Shown here piece after piece: positions 20,407 to 30,524 of a stretch of DNA of 64,000 bases (the first letter of the stretch is position 1; the number at the start of each line of letters is the position of its first letter). The stretch is from assembly GCA_965226795.1 (NCBI GenBank), contig CBDDDZ010000005.1:1184001-1248000 (forward strand), read 5' to 3'. The notes beneath the pieces are model-generated. The model saw only the letters and a program-made list of their open reading frames with translations. It was not told where the DNA came from and did not search any database. Origin of the DNA: Candidatus Latescibacterota bacterium. Its GTDB lineage: Bacteria > Latescibacterota > UBA2968 > GCA-2709665. Made by a program: the position numbers and the translations under genes.

Positions 20407-22186
20407 ATGCATAGAAAGATACTCTTCCACGTTGTAACGGCCGCCAGCATTCTGACGGCTTCGGCAATCCACGCGGAAAACACCATTCTGCAGCGCGCCC
20501 TGCGAGACGAACTGGCGCGCTCGATGAAGGAACTTCAGCTCGAAGACCTGGAACGGCCCTACTTCATTTCATACCACGTACACGAAATGAAAAGTCCAGA
20601 AGTAGCTCGGCAACGTTCGGCAGTCTGCTGACAAGCCAGAAGAGCCGCTCGCGCACACTCACTGTGGAAGTGCGAGTGGGCGACTACGCCCTCGACAACA
20701 CCAACTTCCGCGCGTTCGCCTTCGGCGGAACCGGGGTGGTGCGCATGAGAGGGGGTAGCGTGGGACTGACCCTGGAAGACAACTATGATGAACTGCGCCG
20801 AAAAATCTGGCTGGCCACGGACGGGGCGTATAAGAAAGCCCTCGAGGATCTGGCAAAGAAACGCGCCGCCCTGCAGAACAAGACGCGCACGGAAGAGATA
20901 CCCGATTTCAGCAGGGAGGCGCCTGCAACCGAAGTGGACGAAATGGCGCCGGCCGTATTGGATCTCGCCGCCATGGAGCGGCGGGCGCGCCAGCTCTCCG
21001 CCCTGTTCCACGAGATGCCCGATATACACACCTCGCGCGTCCGATGCAGCGGATCCAACACCACCGTCCACTACCTCTAACAGCGAGGGCTCTTCCTTCA
21101 CCCGAACGAGTTCCTTGCTGGCCTTCACCGCCGTTGCCGCCACGCAGGCCCCCGACGGCATGGCTCTTCAGGATTTCGTGGCCGTGTACGCCCGCTCAAC
21201 GGACGGCCTTCCCGACGACAGGGATCTGGCCGCCCGCATCGGGGCCCTCGGCGAGCGCCTGCGGAAGCTGCGTCTCGCGCCCGTCGTCGAACGCTTCACC
21301 GGCCCGGTGATCTTTTCGGGTCAGGCGGCCACGGAACTGTTCAACCAGGGGTTTGTCCCCTACTTGCTGTCCACGCGCAGGGCGTTGACCGACAATCCCG
21401 ATTATGAACGTTTCTACCCCCAGAAGAAGGAAAACCCGTTCATGGACAGGATCGGCGTGCGCGTGCTTCCCGATTTCCTCAGCGTGCGCGCCGCGCCGCT
21501 CACAGACGTCTATAAGAAACGGCCATTGTTGGGCGGCTACAGGATCGACGACGAAGGGGTCCCGGCGCGTCCGACCCGGCTGGTGAGCAAGGGTGTGCTG
21601 GAGACGCTCTTAACGACCCGAACGCCGGTTCGAGGCATTGATCGCAGCACGGGGAGCCGCCGCGGCCCCGGGGTCGCGCCGAGCAATATCCTGGTTGAGC
21701 CGGAGATGGGTTTGAGCGAAGAACTGATACGGAAGGAATTCTTCAAACTGATCAGAAGGCAGAAAAAAGAATACGGCTACATCGTCACCCAAGTCGCCAA
21801 CCCTTTATATATGATAGGCGAGACACGCGATGCTTACTATCTGTCTGAACCGTCAAACGAAGAAATTAAAGTGGAAAACCCGATCTACGTGTACAGGGTC
21901 TTCCTGGACGGTCGAAAGGAACTCGTGCGCAACGCGCAATTCGCGGGGATCGGCGCCCATACCTTCAAGGACATCGTCCAGGTGTCCAGTGCGCAAGCGG
22001 TCAAACACCTTTCCCTTTCGCTCGCAGGACAATTCCTCGCCGTTTTCCGGCACACGGCGGGGCCGTCAAGTCCTCACAAGTATCGCCACCCCCCGAATGG
22101 TCCTGTTCGAAGATATCACGCTGAAACCGCCCACCGGCGAGATCCCCAAAGCGCCGGTTTCTCCGCATCCCTACTTCGACAGGTGA
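20407..22186 (+). CDS. TldE/PmbA-like partner protein with signal peptide; three frameshifts (~20605, ~21078, ~22065)
   Basis: DELARSM...PYFISY, RVGDYALDN paralogous to the upstream TldD; DDEGVPA, PSNILV, ELVRN; no HExxxH. Confidence 0.75.
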
Positions 22187-22229
22187 GGTCAGGCCATGCC
22201 GCCGCGAGGCACCGGTCTCCTGTATCCGT

Positions 22230-23234
22230 TCACACGCCGGTGAACGCTTTGGCTTTGTCCTTTGTTCTGGATGGACGCGTCGGGCGCGGCCCCCGCAACT
22301 CGCCCCAAAGGGCGATAGCGATGCCCGAAAGGATAATGCCTCCCCCGATGAGTTGCGCGGGCATGGGCACCTCGCCCAGGATGAGAGCGGCGAAGAGCAC
22401 GCCGGCCACCGGCGAAAAGCAAGACGCCGTGGCGATGTCGGCGGGGCGTACGCGCTTGATGCCGGCAAACCACGCCAGTTGCCCGCAGCCCACCACGATC
22501 CCGCCGTACAGGATCATCCAGCCCCACAGCACCGGGGCGAAAATGTCGGCGAAGTGTTGGATGCCAAAAAGGTAAAGGCCGATTCCGAGGAAGAAAAGCG
22601 CGCCTAACAGGTTGCGATAAACACTGAAGATGCCCAGGGGGATCGTCTGAAGCTGCTTGCGCCCGATTTCGGCGCCGCACACCAGGAGTACGGTCGCGAC
22701 CGCCGCGAAGACTTCACCGCTGCCCACCCCGCTCCGCATTCGCGCCGCCGCCATGCTCTCGGGCGGCGCGCCCATCTGCAGGACGAGCGTTGTCACCACG
22801 CCTCCGACGGCGCACAACGCACCCAGGACCGCGGTTCCGCTCGACTTCTCCCGGTAAAACATCCAGGCCAACAACAGTCCAAGCGGGATTTCTATGGTCT
22901 CGATCAGGACGATATTGGTGACAGACGTGCGCGAGATGGCCGTAAACATCATGGCCGGCGCGATGGCGCCGGACGTGAGGGCGAGGGCCGTCTGAACCAG
23001 CCACTGACGGCCAGACAGCTTGCGCAGACGGGAAGGGCGCCATTCCCGTTGATTGAGAGCCAACAGGGTGAGCGCAGCCACGAGATTGCCGGCGAAGAGC
23101 AAGTTGCAGAAGGAGATGGGATTGCGGCCGTCGATCAGATGCATCTGTCCGATATCGACAAGGCGCGCTACCACCGAGGCGGCGGCGGCAAAGATCAGCA
23201 CCGCAATCCACAGATAGATTCGTCCCCAGGTCAT
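22230..23234 (-). CDS. DMT/EamA family transporter
   Basis: About ten TM segments in two EamA-like repeats; RNPISFCN, PVAGVLFAALILGE. Confidence 0.88.
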   Translation of the reverse strand: MTWGRIYLWIAVLIFAAAASVVARLVDIGQMHLIDGRNPISFCNLLFAGNLVAALTLLALNQREWRPSRLRKLSGRQWLVQTALALTSGAIAPAMMFTAISRTSVTNIVLIETIEIPLGLLLAWMFYREKSSGTAVLGALCAVGGVVTTLVLQMGAPPESMAAARMRSGVGSGEVFAAVATVLLVCGAEIGRKQLQTIPLGIFSVYRNLLGALFFLGIGLYLFGIQHFADIFAPVLWGWMILYGGIVVGCGQLAWFAGIKRVRPADIATASCFSPVAGVLFAALILGEVPMPAQLIGGGIILSGIAIALWGELRGPRPTRPSRTKDKAKAFTGV

Positions 23235-23518
23235 CGGTCTACCGTTCAAGTGAAACGTCGTCCCGCCATCGCCCGCTCGCGTGACTCCGCGGCCCCGTGG
23301 GCGAAATGCAGGTTGTCACTGGGTTAAGTCCCAATGAAAGTAGAAAACACTTCGGACCGGCTATTTTACCCAATCTTGCGCCGCCATGCAAACCCGTTGA
23401 TCTGTGATCCGCGACGATACGGGTATCCCCGGTGGCGCATCGCTATCCCGGCCCTTTGGCGAAGAAATGGCCAGACCGGATCAACGCGGGAGCATGTCAC
23501 GTACGGAAGAGGAGAGTT

Positions 23519-23902
23519 ATGAGCCCGACACCCTCGGCAAGGCTGACTGGTATGAGCCCACAGTTCCCGGTGGCCGACCTGGAACGGTCGATCCGCTTCT
23601 ATACTGAGCAACTCGGTTTCGACCTTGATTTCCGGTACGAGGACTTCTACGCGGGGATCGTCCGGGATGGCCACTCGATTCACCTGAAACTTGCCGAAGC
23701 GACGCCGGAAGAAAGGCGATTCCGCAGAGAGAACGAACATCTCGACATCACGTTTACCGTCGATGATATCGACGCCGCATATGCCGACGTCCTGAATCGT
23801 ACCGTCCGTGTGATCCAGCCTCTCCGGACGATGCCCTACGGTCGTGAATTCTATGTTTCGGATCCCGACGGCTGTATTCTGGCATATGTGGAGACAAAAT
23901 AA
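23519..23902 (+). CDS. VOC / glyoxalase-bleomycin resistance family protein
   Basis: VADLERSIRFYTEQLGF, PYGREFYVSDPDG; GAGGAG RBS. Confidence 0.88.
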   Translation: MSPTPSARLTGMSPQFPVADLERSIRFYTEQLGFDLDFRYEDFYAGIVRDGHSIHLKLAEATPEERRFRRENEHLDITFTVDDIDAAYADVLNRTVRVIQPLRTMPYGREFYVSDPDGCILAYVETK

Positions 23903-24058
23903 CGTGGACCAGGAATATCGTGTTTACGGGAACCAGGGCGCGCTGAGGATGGTTCGCGCTGGTGGGTTTAGCCGACCGGAACCTTAACCTTCACGTCCAA
24001 TCTTAATCGAAGATGCCCATATTGGATTCTGTCGTGCACGATCGACACGGTTCCGGTC

Positions 24059-24089
24059 TTGACATCATTACTTTTTTTATATGTATAAT
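24059..24089 (+). promoter_or_regulatory. Sigma70-like promoter of the TA operon
   Basis: TTGACA (24059-24064), 19-bp spacer, TATAAT (24084-24089); an imperfect inverted repeat overlaps the -10 (possible autorepression site). Confidence 0.55.
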
Positions 24090-24134
24090 ATACGTGTTAA
24101 TTGGCACTGCGTTACCTGAATCGGAGAATTGCAT

Positions 24135-24365
24135 ATGCACAAGAAGCTGACCATCACGATTGATGAAGAAGTGTATCAGGGCCTGCATCGAATTATCGGC
24201 CGTGGTCGCATCAGCCGCTTTATCGAAACATTGGTCCGTCCTCATGTGCTTCAGCCAGACATGGAACAGGCATACGAAGACATGGCGCACGATGAAAAAC
24301 GGGAAGCCGAAGCTATAGAATGGGCAGAACACACCGTGGGGGACGTATTCGATGGTCCGAGGTGA
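24135..24365 (+). CDS. Type II antitoxin
   Basis: MHKKLTITIDEEVY...ISRFIE...EAEAIEW; overlaps the downstream toxin. Confidence 0.8.
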   Translation: MHKKLTITIDEEVYQGLHRIIGRGRISRFIETLVRPHVLQPDMEQAYEDMAHDEKREAEAIEWAEHTVGDVFDGPR

Positions 24366-24672
24366 AGTGTGGTGGGTAAATTGCAACCCATCCGCAGGTG
24401 GCGAAACCCGCAAGAGACGTCCCGCGATTATCGTCGGTAACAACGCATCCAACGGGCATCTGAATCGTGTTCAGGTTGTACCGTTGACGAGCAATCTCGA
24501 TCGTCTTTACCCCAGTGAAGCCTATGTTACCGTAAACGATGAAAAACGGAAGGCGATGGCCGATCAGTTGGCAACGGTGAGTAAGCGCCGATTAAGTACG
24601 CTTCACGGACGTGTTTCTGTTTCGGATATGGACCGGGTAGAACGTGCGTTGAGAGTGCAGTTAGGCCTTTGA
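24352..24672 (+). CDS. mazF: PemK/MazF family toxin
   Basis: RGEVWWV, GETRKRRPAIIV, VVPLTS, ADQLATVSKRRL. Confidence 0.9.
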   Translation: MVRGEVWWVNCNPSAGGETRKRRPAIIVGNNASNGHLNRVQVVPLTSNLDRLYPSEAYVTVNDEKRKAMADQLATVSKRRLSTLHGRVSVSDMDRVERALRVQLGL

Positions 24673-24808
24673 TGCCCGTGGCGCCTGAGTATATTATGCG
24701 AAATCTCCAGTCGCCGGGATCGACGCATGTCGGGGTGCAGCACAGGCGGTTCAGTTGGTGACGATTGCAATCGGTCGTAGATAATAAAAGGGGGGTCAGG
24801 AAAATACG

Positions 24809-26035
24809 ATGGCGACTATCAATTCCAACTACAACAAACTCTCAGCCGGCTATCTGTTCCCGGAAATCACGAGGCGGACAGGGGCATACCTGGAAAATCA
24901 TCCCGATGTAAAGGTGATGCGCCTCGGCATCGGTAATACCACCGAGCCACTGCCTCCAAGTGTAATTGAACGTTTACATCACGCCGTGGAAAAACTCGCG
25001 GCGGTCCAGACCTATACGGGCTATGCGGACGGGAGCGAAGGCGAACTCGATCTGCGAGAGGGGATTGCGGGCCGTTACGCGGAGCGCGGCGTCGCGCTCG
25101 ATCCGGATGAAATTTTCGTCAGCGATGGCGGCAAACCCGATTCCGCGAATATTCAGTCCATTTTCGGCCTCGACAATGTGGTGGCCGTTCAGGACCCCGC
25201 CTATCCCGTCTACGTGGATAGCAACGTGATCGCCGGACGTACAGGGCAAATGGTAGACGGTCAATACGAAGGAATTGTTTACATGCCCTGTACCGAGGCA
25301 AACGGCTTTTTTCCCGAATTGCCCGCGGGAAAGGTGGATTTGATCTACATCTGCAGCCCGAATAATCCGATCGGGTCCGTTGCAACCAGGAGTCAGCTGC
25401 AGGCGTTTGTAGATTATGCGCGCGACAATCGGGCGGCGATCATCTTCGACGCGGCCTACTGCGCGTACATTTCGGATCCTGAACTGCCGCACAGTATTTA
25501 TGAGATCGACGGCGCCAGGACATGCGCGATCGAGATCAACAGCTTTTCCAAGGATACCGGATTTACCGGCGTTCGACTGGGCTGGTCGGTGGTTCCCCAG
25601 GAGCTGGTCCTGGAAGACGCCGGGCCGGGCGCGGTGAACGGGCTCTGGCGCAGACGGCAGAATACGATGTTCAACGGCGCCTCCAATATTGTGCAGGGCG
25701 GCGCTCTGGCGGTATTCACGGAAGCAGGGAAGGCGGAATGCGGCGATATGGTGGCCTATTATATGTCCAATGCCGCGCGCATCCGTTCAGGGCTGGAAAG
25801 ACTGGGCCTGACGGTCTACGGCGGGGTCCACGCACCGTATCTCTGGATGAAGACGCCCGGAGGTATGGGTTCGTGGGATTTTTTCGACAAGCTGCTTTCG
25901 GAGGCGCACGTCGTCGGGACGCCGGGGGCGGGATTCGGGCCGAGCGGCGAGGGTTTCTTCAGGTTGAGCGCGTTCGGACACCATGAGGATATCGAGTTGG
26001 CCGTGGACAGCATCGAAAAAAACCTGAAGCTCTAG
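24809..26035 (+). CDS. dapL: LL-diaminopimelate aminotransferase
   Basis: AGYLFPEI, LGIG, SDGGK, DPAYPVYVD, CSPNNP, SFSKxxGFTGVRLGW, PGAGFG..GEGFFRLSAF. Confidence 0.95.
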   Translation: MATINSNYNKLSAGYLFPEITRRTGAYLENHPDVKVMRLGIGNTTEPLPPSVIERLHHAVEKLAAVQTYTGYADGSEGELDLREGIAGRYAERGVALDPDEIFVSDGGKPDSANIQSIFGLDNVVAVQDPAYPVYVDSNVIAGRTGQMVDGQYEGIVYMPCTEANGFFPELPAGKVDLIYICSPNNPIGSVATRSQLQAFVDYARDNRAAIIFDAAYCAYISDPELPHSIYEIDGARTCAIEINSFSKDTGFTGVRLGWSVVPQELVLEDAGPGAVNGLWRRRQNTMFNGASNIVQGGALAVFTEAGKAECGDMVAYYMSNAARIRSGLERLGLTVYGGVHAPYLWMKTPGGMGSWDFFDKLLSEAHVVGTPGAGFGPSGEGFFRLSAFGHHEDIELAVDSIEKNLKL

Positions 26036-26247
26036 TGTCCCGTCCACGGAAATATGTCGCCATTCATCCGCCTGTCTGCGTGCAGGTCTTCCGCACAGGC
26101 AGGCCGGTTCATCCCGTCTCGCTGAGTTGATGTCCGTTGAGCTTGTCGAAACGCGCTTGTCGAAATGCCCGCGTTTCGCTACCCTTCGCCGACCCTTCGA
26201 CAAGCTCAGGGAGCGGCTCAGCGCTCAGGCGCCTTGCGAGCAGGGCG
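26032..26247 (+). mobile_element. MITE-like element, family A, copy 2 (3' end degenerate, nested REP-like inserts)
   Basis: Begins CTAGTGTCCCGTCCACGGAAATA on the dapL stop; shares TTCATCCCGTCTCGCTG and GCGCTCAGGCGCCTTGCGAGC with copy 1; contains TGAGCTTGTCGAA / TTCGACAAGCTCA. Confidence 0.7.
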
Positions 26248-26288
26248 CTGCTGGCTTACTGCAAACGACCTGGAATGGAGGGATGCAG

Positions 26289-27245
26289 ATGCGTCTGCTG
26301 GCTTCTGTTTTTTGTATCTCCATTGGGATTGCCACGGCAGGGGTTTCCGCTGAGAAGAAACCGACGCCGAAACTTACCGTTGCTTTCCGGTTTGCTTCCG
26401 CTTTCGGACAGAAGGGAGGCGGTGTGGGGCACTTTCATGAACCGTCCGCTATTGCCCTCGATACGTTCGGCAATCTCTACGTGGCCGATACGGGCAACGA
26501 CCGCATCCAGAAATTCGAAGCTAACGGATCGTATCTGTCGGAGGTGGGCACGTTTGGCTGGGATCCCGGTCAATTCAGCCAGCCGGCAGGGGTCGCGGTT
26601 GGGAAGGGCGGGCTCGAGGTCTATGTTGCAGACGGGAGAAACAACCGCATCCAGATCTTCAGCCCCCACTTCCGCCTGTTGGGCGTGATTGGCGGGCGGG
26701 ATGTCGACGGTCCGATTCGACTGGGCATCCTTGGAGGGATCGCGGTCTCCGAGGCCGGCGAGCTGTATGTGTCCGATACCGACGCCGACCAGGTGGTTCA
26801 GATCAGCAATTACAGCCCCCTGGAAAACCAGTTCGGGGGGTACGGATACGGCGCCGGCCAAGTCCGGCGTCCCTTGGGCCTCGCCATTGGACACAAGGAT
26901 CGAGTCTACGTATGTGACAGCGAAAACGATCGCGTCGCGGTATTTGACAGATACGGGAATTTCAAAAAGAGCCTGGCGGAAGGGTCACTCTCCGAACCGG
27001 CGGGTGTGTGTACGGGGCCCGAAGACCTGCTGTTTGTAGCCGACACGGGGCATAACCGCGTGGTGGTCCTTGACCTGCTGACCGGGGACGTGGCTGCGCT
27101 GATCGGCGGCCCCGACGCGGGACAACGGCCGGGCGCGTTCAAAGCGCCGAAAGACGTGGCCTTCGGTCCCGGCAAAGTCCTCTATGTGCTGGACGGAGGC
27201 AACCATCGTATTCAGAAGTTTGAGATGATGATCAGCAGGAGGTAG
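26289..27245 (+). CDS. Exported NHL-repeat (beta-propeller) protein
   Basis: Signal peptide; repeated F..P.GIA....G.LYVAD..N.RIQ.F units. Confidence 0.9.
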   Translation: MRLLASVFCISIGIATAGVSAEKKPTPKLTVAFRFASAFGQKGGGVGHFHEPSAIALDTFGNLYVADTGNDRIQKFEANGSYLSEVGTFGWDPGQFSQPAGVAVGKGGLEVYVADGRNNRIQIFSPHFRLLGVIGGRDVDGPIRLGILGGIAVSEAGELYVSDTDADQVVQISNYSPLENQFGGYGYGAGQVRRPLGLAIGHKDRVYVCDSENDRVAVFDRYGNFKKSLAEGSLSEPAGVCTGPEDLLFVADTGHNRVVVLDLLTGDVAALIGGPDAGQRPGAFKAPKDVAFGPGKVLYVLDGGNHRIQKFEMMISRR

Positions 27246-27313
27246 GGGGCGAAGTCCCCACGTCCATTCCAGGAGTCGGGAGTCAGGCGGGGCGGGTCGC
27301 GGGGTCCTGAAGT

Positions 27314-27335
27314 ACCGGGGCAGCCCCCGGTTTTT
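27314..27335 (+). terminator. Terminator-like hairpin nested in a larger stem
   Basis: ACCGGGG-cagc-CCCCGGT followed by a T-run. Confidence 0.4.
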
Positions 27336-27358
27336 CTGACTACCGACCCCATTTTTTT

Positions 27359-30300
27359 ATGTTCAAGCACAATCTCATCCGGCAGATCTTCATGATCTGC
27401 GCCGGCTTCTGCTCCACGGTGGGCGCGGCACCGCCGCCTGAACAGTTGACCGTATACGATCTGGAGCGGTCCTTTCGGGCCGATGGGAGCCGTGGTCCTT
27501 ACCGAATCACGGAGCGGCCCATTCTGAAGGGCAGCGAAAGGGTCTGGGTGAGCGACAGTATGCTCGTCAGGGACTTGGACTACGAACTGGAGTATGCCGA
27601 CGGTTTGCTGCTGTTTGCGCAGGAGCGCCCTCGCGGCGCCGAGGTTCTCGTGCGGTTTCGGCAGTTGCCTCAGGTACTGCTTCAGGTCTACAGACGCCGT
27701 GAGCGAAACCCTCAACGTGCGTCGGTACGGCCAACCCCGGCCAGGCGCCGAAGACGTCGGGCGCCGGCGGACGCGTCGGAATCGTACGGCGGCACCCCGT
27801 CGCGGCTCGACGTGGGGGGCGCCAAGCGCATTCAGGTCACCGTGGGTGGCAATCGTGATCTCGAACTCAGCCAGGCGCTTCGGGTGCACATTACGGGACA
27901 GATGGCGGACGGCGTCGAAGTGGTCGCGATGTTGTCGGATCGGAACCTCCCGCTGGGATTCGAAGGTAGCACCCGAAACCTGCAGGAACTGGATCGGGTG
28001 ATGTTTCAGGTTCGTTCCAGGAGGGTTTCGGCTTCACTCGGCGACCTGGACGTCGTGTTTGACGGCACCACGTTCGGGAGGTATCGCCGGAGGCTTCACG
28101 GCGCGCATCTCGCGTTCTCGTCTTCAGGCGCAGACGTCAGGGTCTTCGGAGCCGCCGCGGACGGGCGTTGGATCAGCCACCGTGTTCTTCCCATCGAAGG
28201 ATACCAGGGTCCGTACCGATTGCCCGGCGATGCCGCGGCCCCGGGAGGGCGTATTGTCGCGGGTTCAGAGCGGGTCTATCAGGACGGACGCCTGCTGCGC
28301 CTGGGCGAAGGGCAGGACTACGTCGTGGACTATGAAATGTCCACGATCACGTTTACCCCCGTCAGACCGATCAACGGGCAGAGCCGCATTACCGTGGAAT
28401 ACCAGTTCGAGGCGCCTGGTACCCGCCGCCGCCTGATGGGCGCGCGCGCCACGCTGGCGCTCTCGGACGACCGGCTGAAGGTGGGGGGCACGTTTATCCG
28501 CGAGGCAGATCGGGCTGGCGGGGTCCGGGGTGTCGGCATATCCGCACCGCCTTTTCAGCCGTTGCGGCGCCAACTGGCCGTACTGGATGCCGCATATGAG
28601 CCGATCGGGGGCGTGCGGCTGGACGGCGAACTGGCGATGAGCGCGTTGCCCTCGGAGGCGGACGTCCATAAGCAAAGTGGAGGACGGGCTTTCAGGCTGG
28701 GAGTGGACCTGTGGCCGGACGCGCTGCGGTTGGGCGGTTACGCTCTCGGGCGATTTCGAATAACGGGCGCATACAGGCAGGTCGGCGCCGAGTTCAGAGG
28801 GATCGAACGGATCGTGCCGGCAACGCGTGAGGGGCGGTGGGGCTGGCAGGCCGACGCGCCGGATGCGGGAGACCGGAAAGCCGAAGTCGCGCTGCAATAT
28901 GCCCTGAGGCCAGGGATCCGTTTCGATGCCGGTTACGGCCGGCGTCACGGAAAAGTGAAGGCAGTCCGGCGCGAGGTTGGCCTGGAGGTCTCCGACCCAC
29001 GGGCCCCGCAGGTGTCCTATCGGTTCGACGAAGTGTCTCACGGGTCAGGGTTGTTCTCCAGGCATCGGGGCCGCGTCCGGGCTCCCATGCGAGGGATCAC
29101 ACCTGGATTCCGTTTTGAGTCCGAAACGGCGACAGGGTCGTCGGTTTCTCAATCGACCCTATACTATGCATCCCTGGTCGATCCCGCGCACCGTGGAATA
29201 CGCATCCGGGCGGGCGCCGTGGATCTGTCCACGCGCGTGATGGACGCGCTGGCGTGGACGTCGGAGATTTCGATTCGGCGCATAAACCTTCTGGATCACG
29301 GGTGGCGGGACAGCCTGCGGGCATGGACGACAACGCACCGTGCCTCGATGTCCGGCTGGCATGGGCTGTCGTTTTCAGGGGAGTATAGCAGGAGCAGGAC
29401 GAAATCCCCCCTGCATCCGGCAACGGGACGAATGACGGACCTGGCCCGGATGGGGTGGGGGTACGCGGCTCTGAACGGCGCGGTTTCGCACAGATTTTCC
29501 TATCGGATCTCCAGCACCGGTGCGCCCGACAGACAGCCGGTGTATGTCGCTCTCGGGCCCGGTCGAGGTACTCATGTCTGGGAAGACGTGGATGGCGACG
29601 GGCTCCAGGATCCCGAGGAGTTCGTAGCCGACGTGGATGGCGAGTACGTGCGTTATTTCAGTCCGGCCGTCGGATTTCGCCCGGTGCGTGACGCGGCTCT
29701 CGCTGCCCGTACGGAGTTCGTGCTGAAGCGGTTGCTGCGATCTCCCCGGGGAAAGTGGCTGCGTATCCTGGCCGGCCTGTCGCTGGATGTCTCGCTGGAG
29801 GCCGACAGGCAGGTACCGCCGGGTCAGGCCGGTGTGGCGCCCTGGAACATGCACGGTCTTGGCCCGGGCGACGGGATTCTCCACGGCCGGCGCGAGTTGA
29901 GAACGCGGCTTTACCTGTTTCGATATCGCCGTCCGGCCACGTTCCGCCTGTCCGCCCGCCAGGGCTCCCGCATGGACCGGGCTTTTACCGACGGCGGGCT
30001 GGAGACGACGTCGCAGGTGTCCGTGCAGGGACGTTTTGCCCTCGGGCGGACGTCGTCTTTGGAACTGGAAATGCACGGTGAACAACGTGACCGGCCCGGC
30101 GAAGGGCCGTTTTTTTACCGGATTCGGTCCCGGCGGTTATCCATGAGCGGGTATCGGCACACGCCACGGGCATGGCAGACTCAGGTGGAACTGGCATTTG
30201 GCGGAGACAGGGAGGAAAACCGGGCCTTGCTGGCCCGGTTTGTGTCTGTTCGCCCGGAAATCCGACGCGCGCTGCCGGGCCGGGGGCGTTTGCGGACATC

Positions 30301-30514
30301 CTTGGATTGGACCCGTGTGTTTGCATCGGGATCCCTGCCGCTGTTCCTGGGAATGGCGGGTGGAAACCGTGCGGGAAATAACATGGGCTGGCGTCTGGGT
30401 GTGGACTACCGGCTGGGCCCGTATCTGACGGCGATAATCGTGTACGACGGGCACAAACGGTCTGGAAAGCCGGTCCTGCATCTCGGGCGTATGGAGATGC
30501 AGGCTTTATTCTGA
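27359..30514 (+). CDS. Large outer-membrane beta-barrel-like protein (SprA-like motifs, unknown function)
   Basis: Signal peptide; duplicated GSERV...DY..Y motif; amphipathic beta-strand pattern; C-terminal Phe (MQALF). Confidence 0.7.
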   Translation: MFKHNLIRQIFMICAGFCSTVGAAPPPEQLTVYDLERSFRADGSRGPYRITERPILKGSERVWVSDSMLVRDLDYELEYADGLLLFAQERPRGAEVLVRFRQLPQVLLQVYRRRERNPQRASVRPTPARRRRRRAPADASESYGGTPSRLDVGGAKRIQVTVGGNRDLELSQALRVHITGQMADGVEVVAMLSDRNLPLGFEGSTRNLQELDRVMFQVRSRRVSASLGDLDVVFDGTTFGRYRRRLHGAHLAFSSSGADVRVFGAAADGRWISHRVLPIEGYQGPYRLPGDAAAPGGRIVAGSERVYQDGRLLRLGEGQDYVVDYEMSTITFTPVRPINGQSRITVEYQFEAPGTRRRLMGARATLALSDDRLKVGGTFIREADRAGGVRGVGISAPPFQPLRRQLAVLDAAYEPIGGVRLDGELAMSALPSEADVHKQSGGRAFRLGVDLWPDALRLGGYALGRFRITGAYRQVGAEFRGIERIVPATREGRWGWQADAPDAGDRKAEVALQYALRPGIRFDAGYGRRHGKVKAVRREVGLEVSDPRAPQVSYRFDEVSHGSGLFSRHRGRVRAPMRGITPGFRFESETATGSSVSQSTLYYASLVDPAHRGIRIRAGAVDLSTRVMDALAWTSEISIRRINLLDHGWRDSLRAWTTTHRASMSGWHGLSFSGEYSRSRTKSPLHPATGRMTDLARMGWGYAALNGAVSHRFSYRISSTGAPDRQPVYVALGPGRGTHVWEDVDGDGLQDPEEFVADVDGEYVRYFSPAVGFRPVRDAALAARTEFVLKRLLRSPRGKWLRILAGLSLDVSLEADRQVPPGQAGVAPWNMHGLGPGDGILHGRRELRTRLYLFRYRRPATFRLSARQGSRMDRAFTDGGLETTSQVSVQGRFALGRTSSLELEMHGEQRDRPGEGPFFYRIRSRRLSMSGYRHTPRAWQTQVELAFGGDREENRALLARFVSVRPEIRRALPGRGRLRTSLDWTRVFASGSLPLFLGMAGGNRAGNNMGWRLGVDYRLGPYLTAIIVYDGHKRSGKPVLHLGRMEMQALF

Positions 30515-30524
30515 AAGGCGCGGC

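Noticed and set aside
18494..22186. Programmed ribosomal frameshifting in tldD/E
   Set aside because: Several shifts of differing sign with no canonical slippery heptamers; indel error or decay is more parsimonious.
26127..26288. N-terminal extension of the NHL protein (ELVE...PFDKLR)
   Set aside because: It is translation of the MITE/REP insert; an RBS and signal peptide support a start at 26289.
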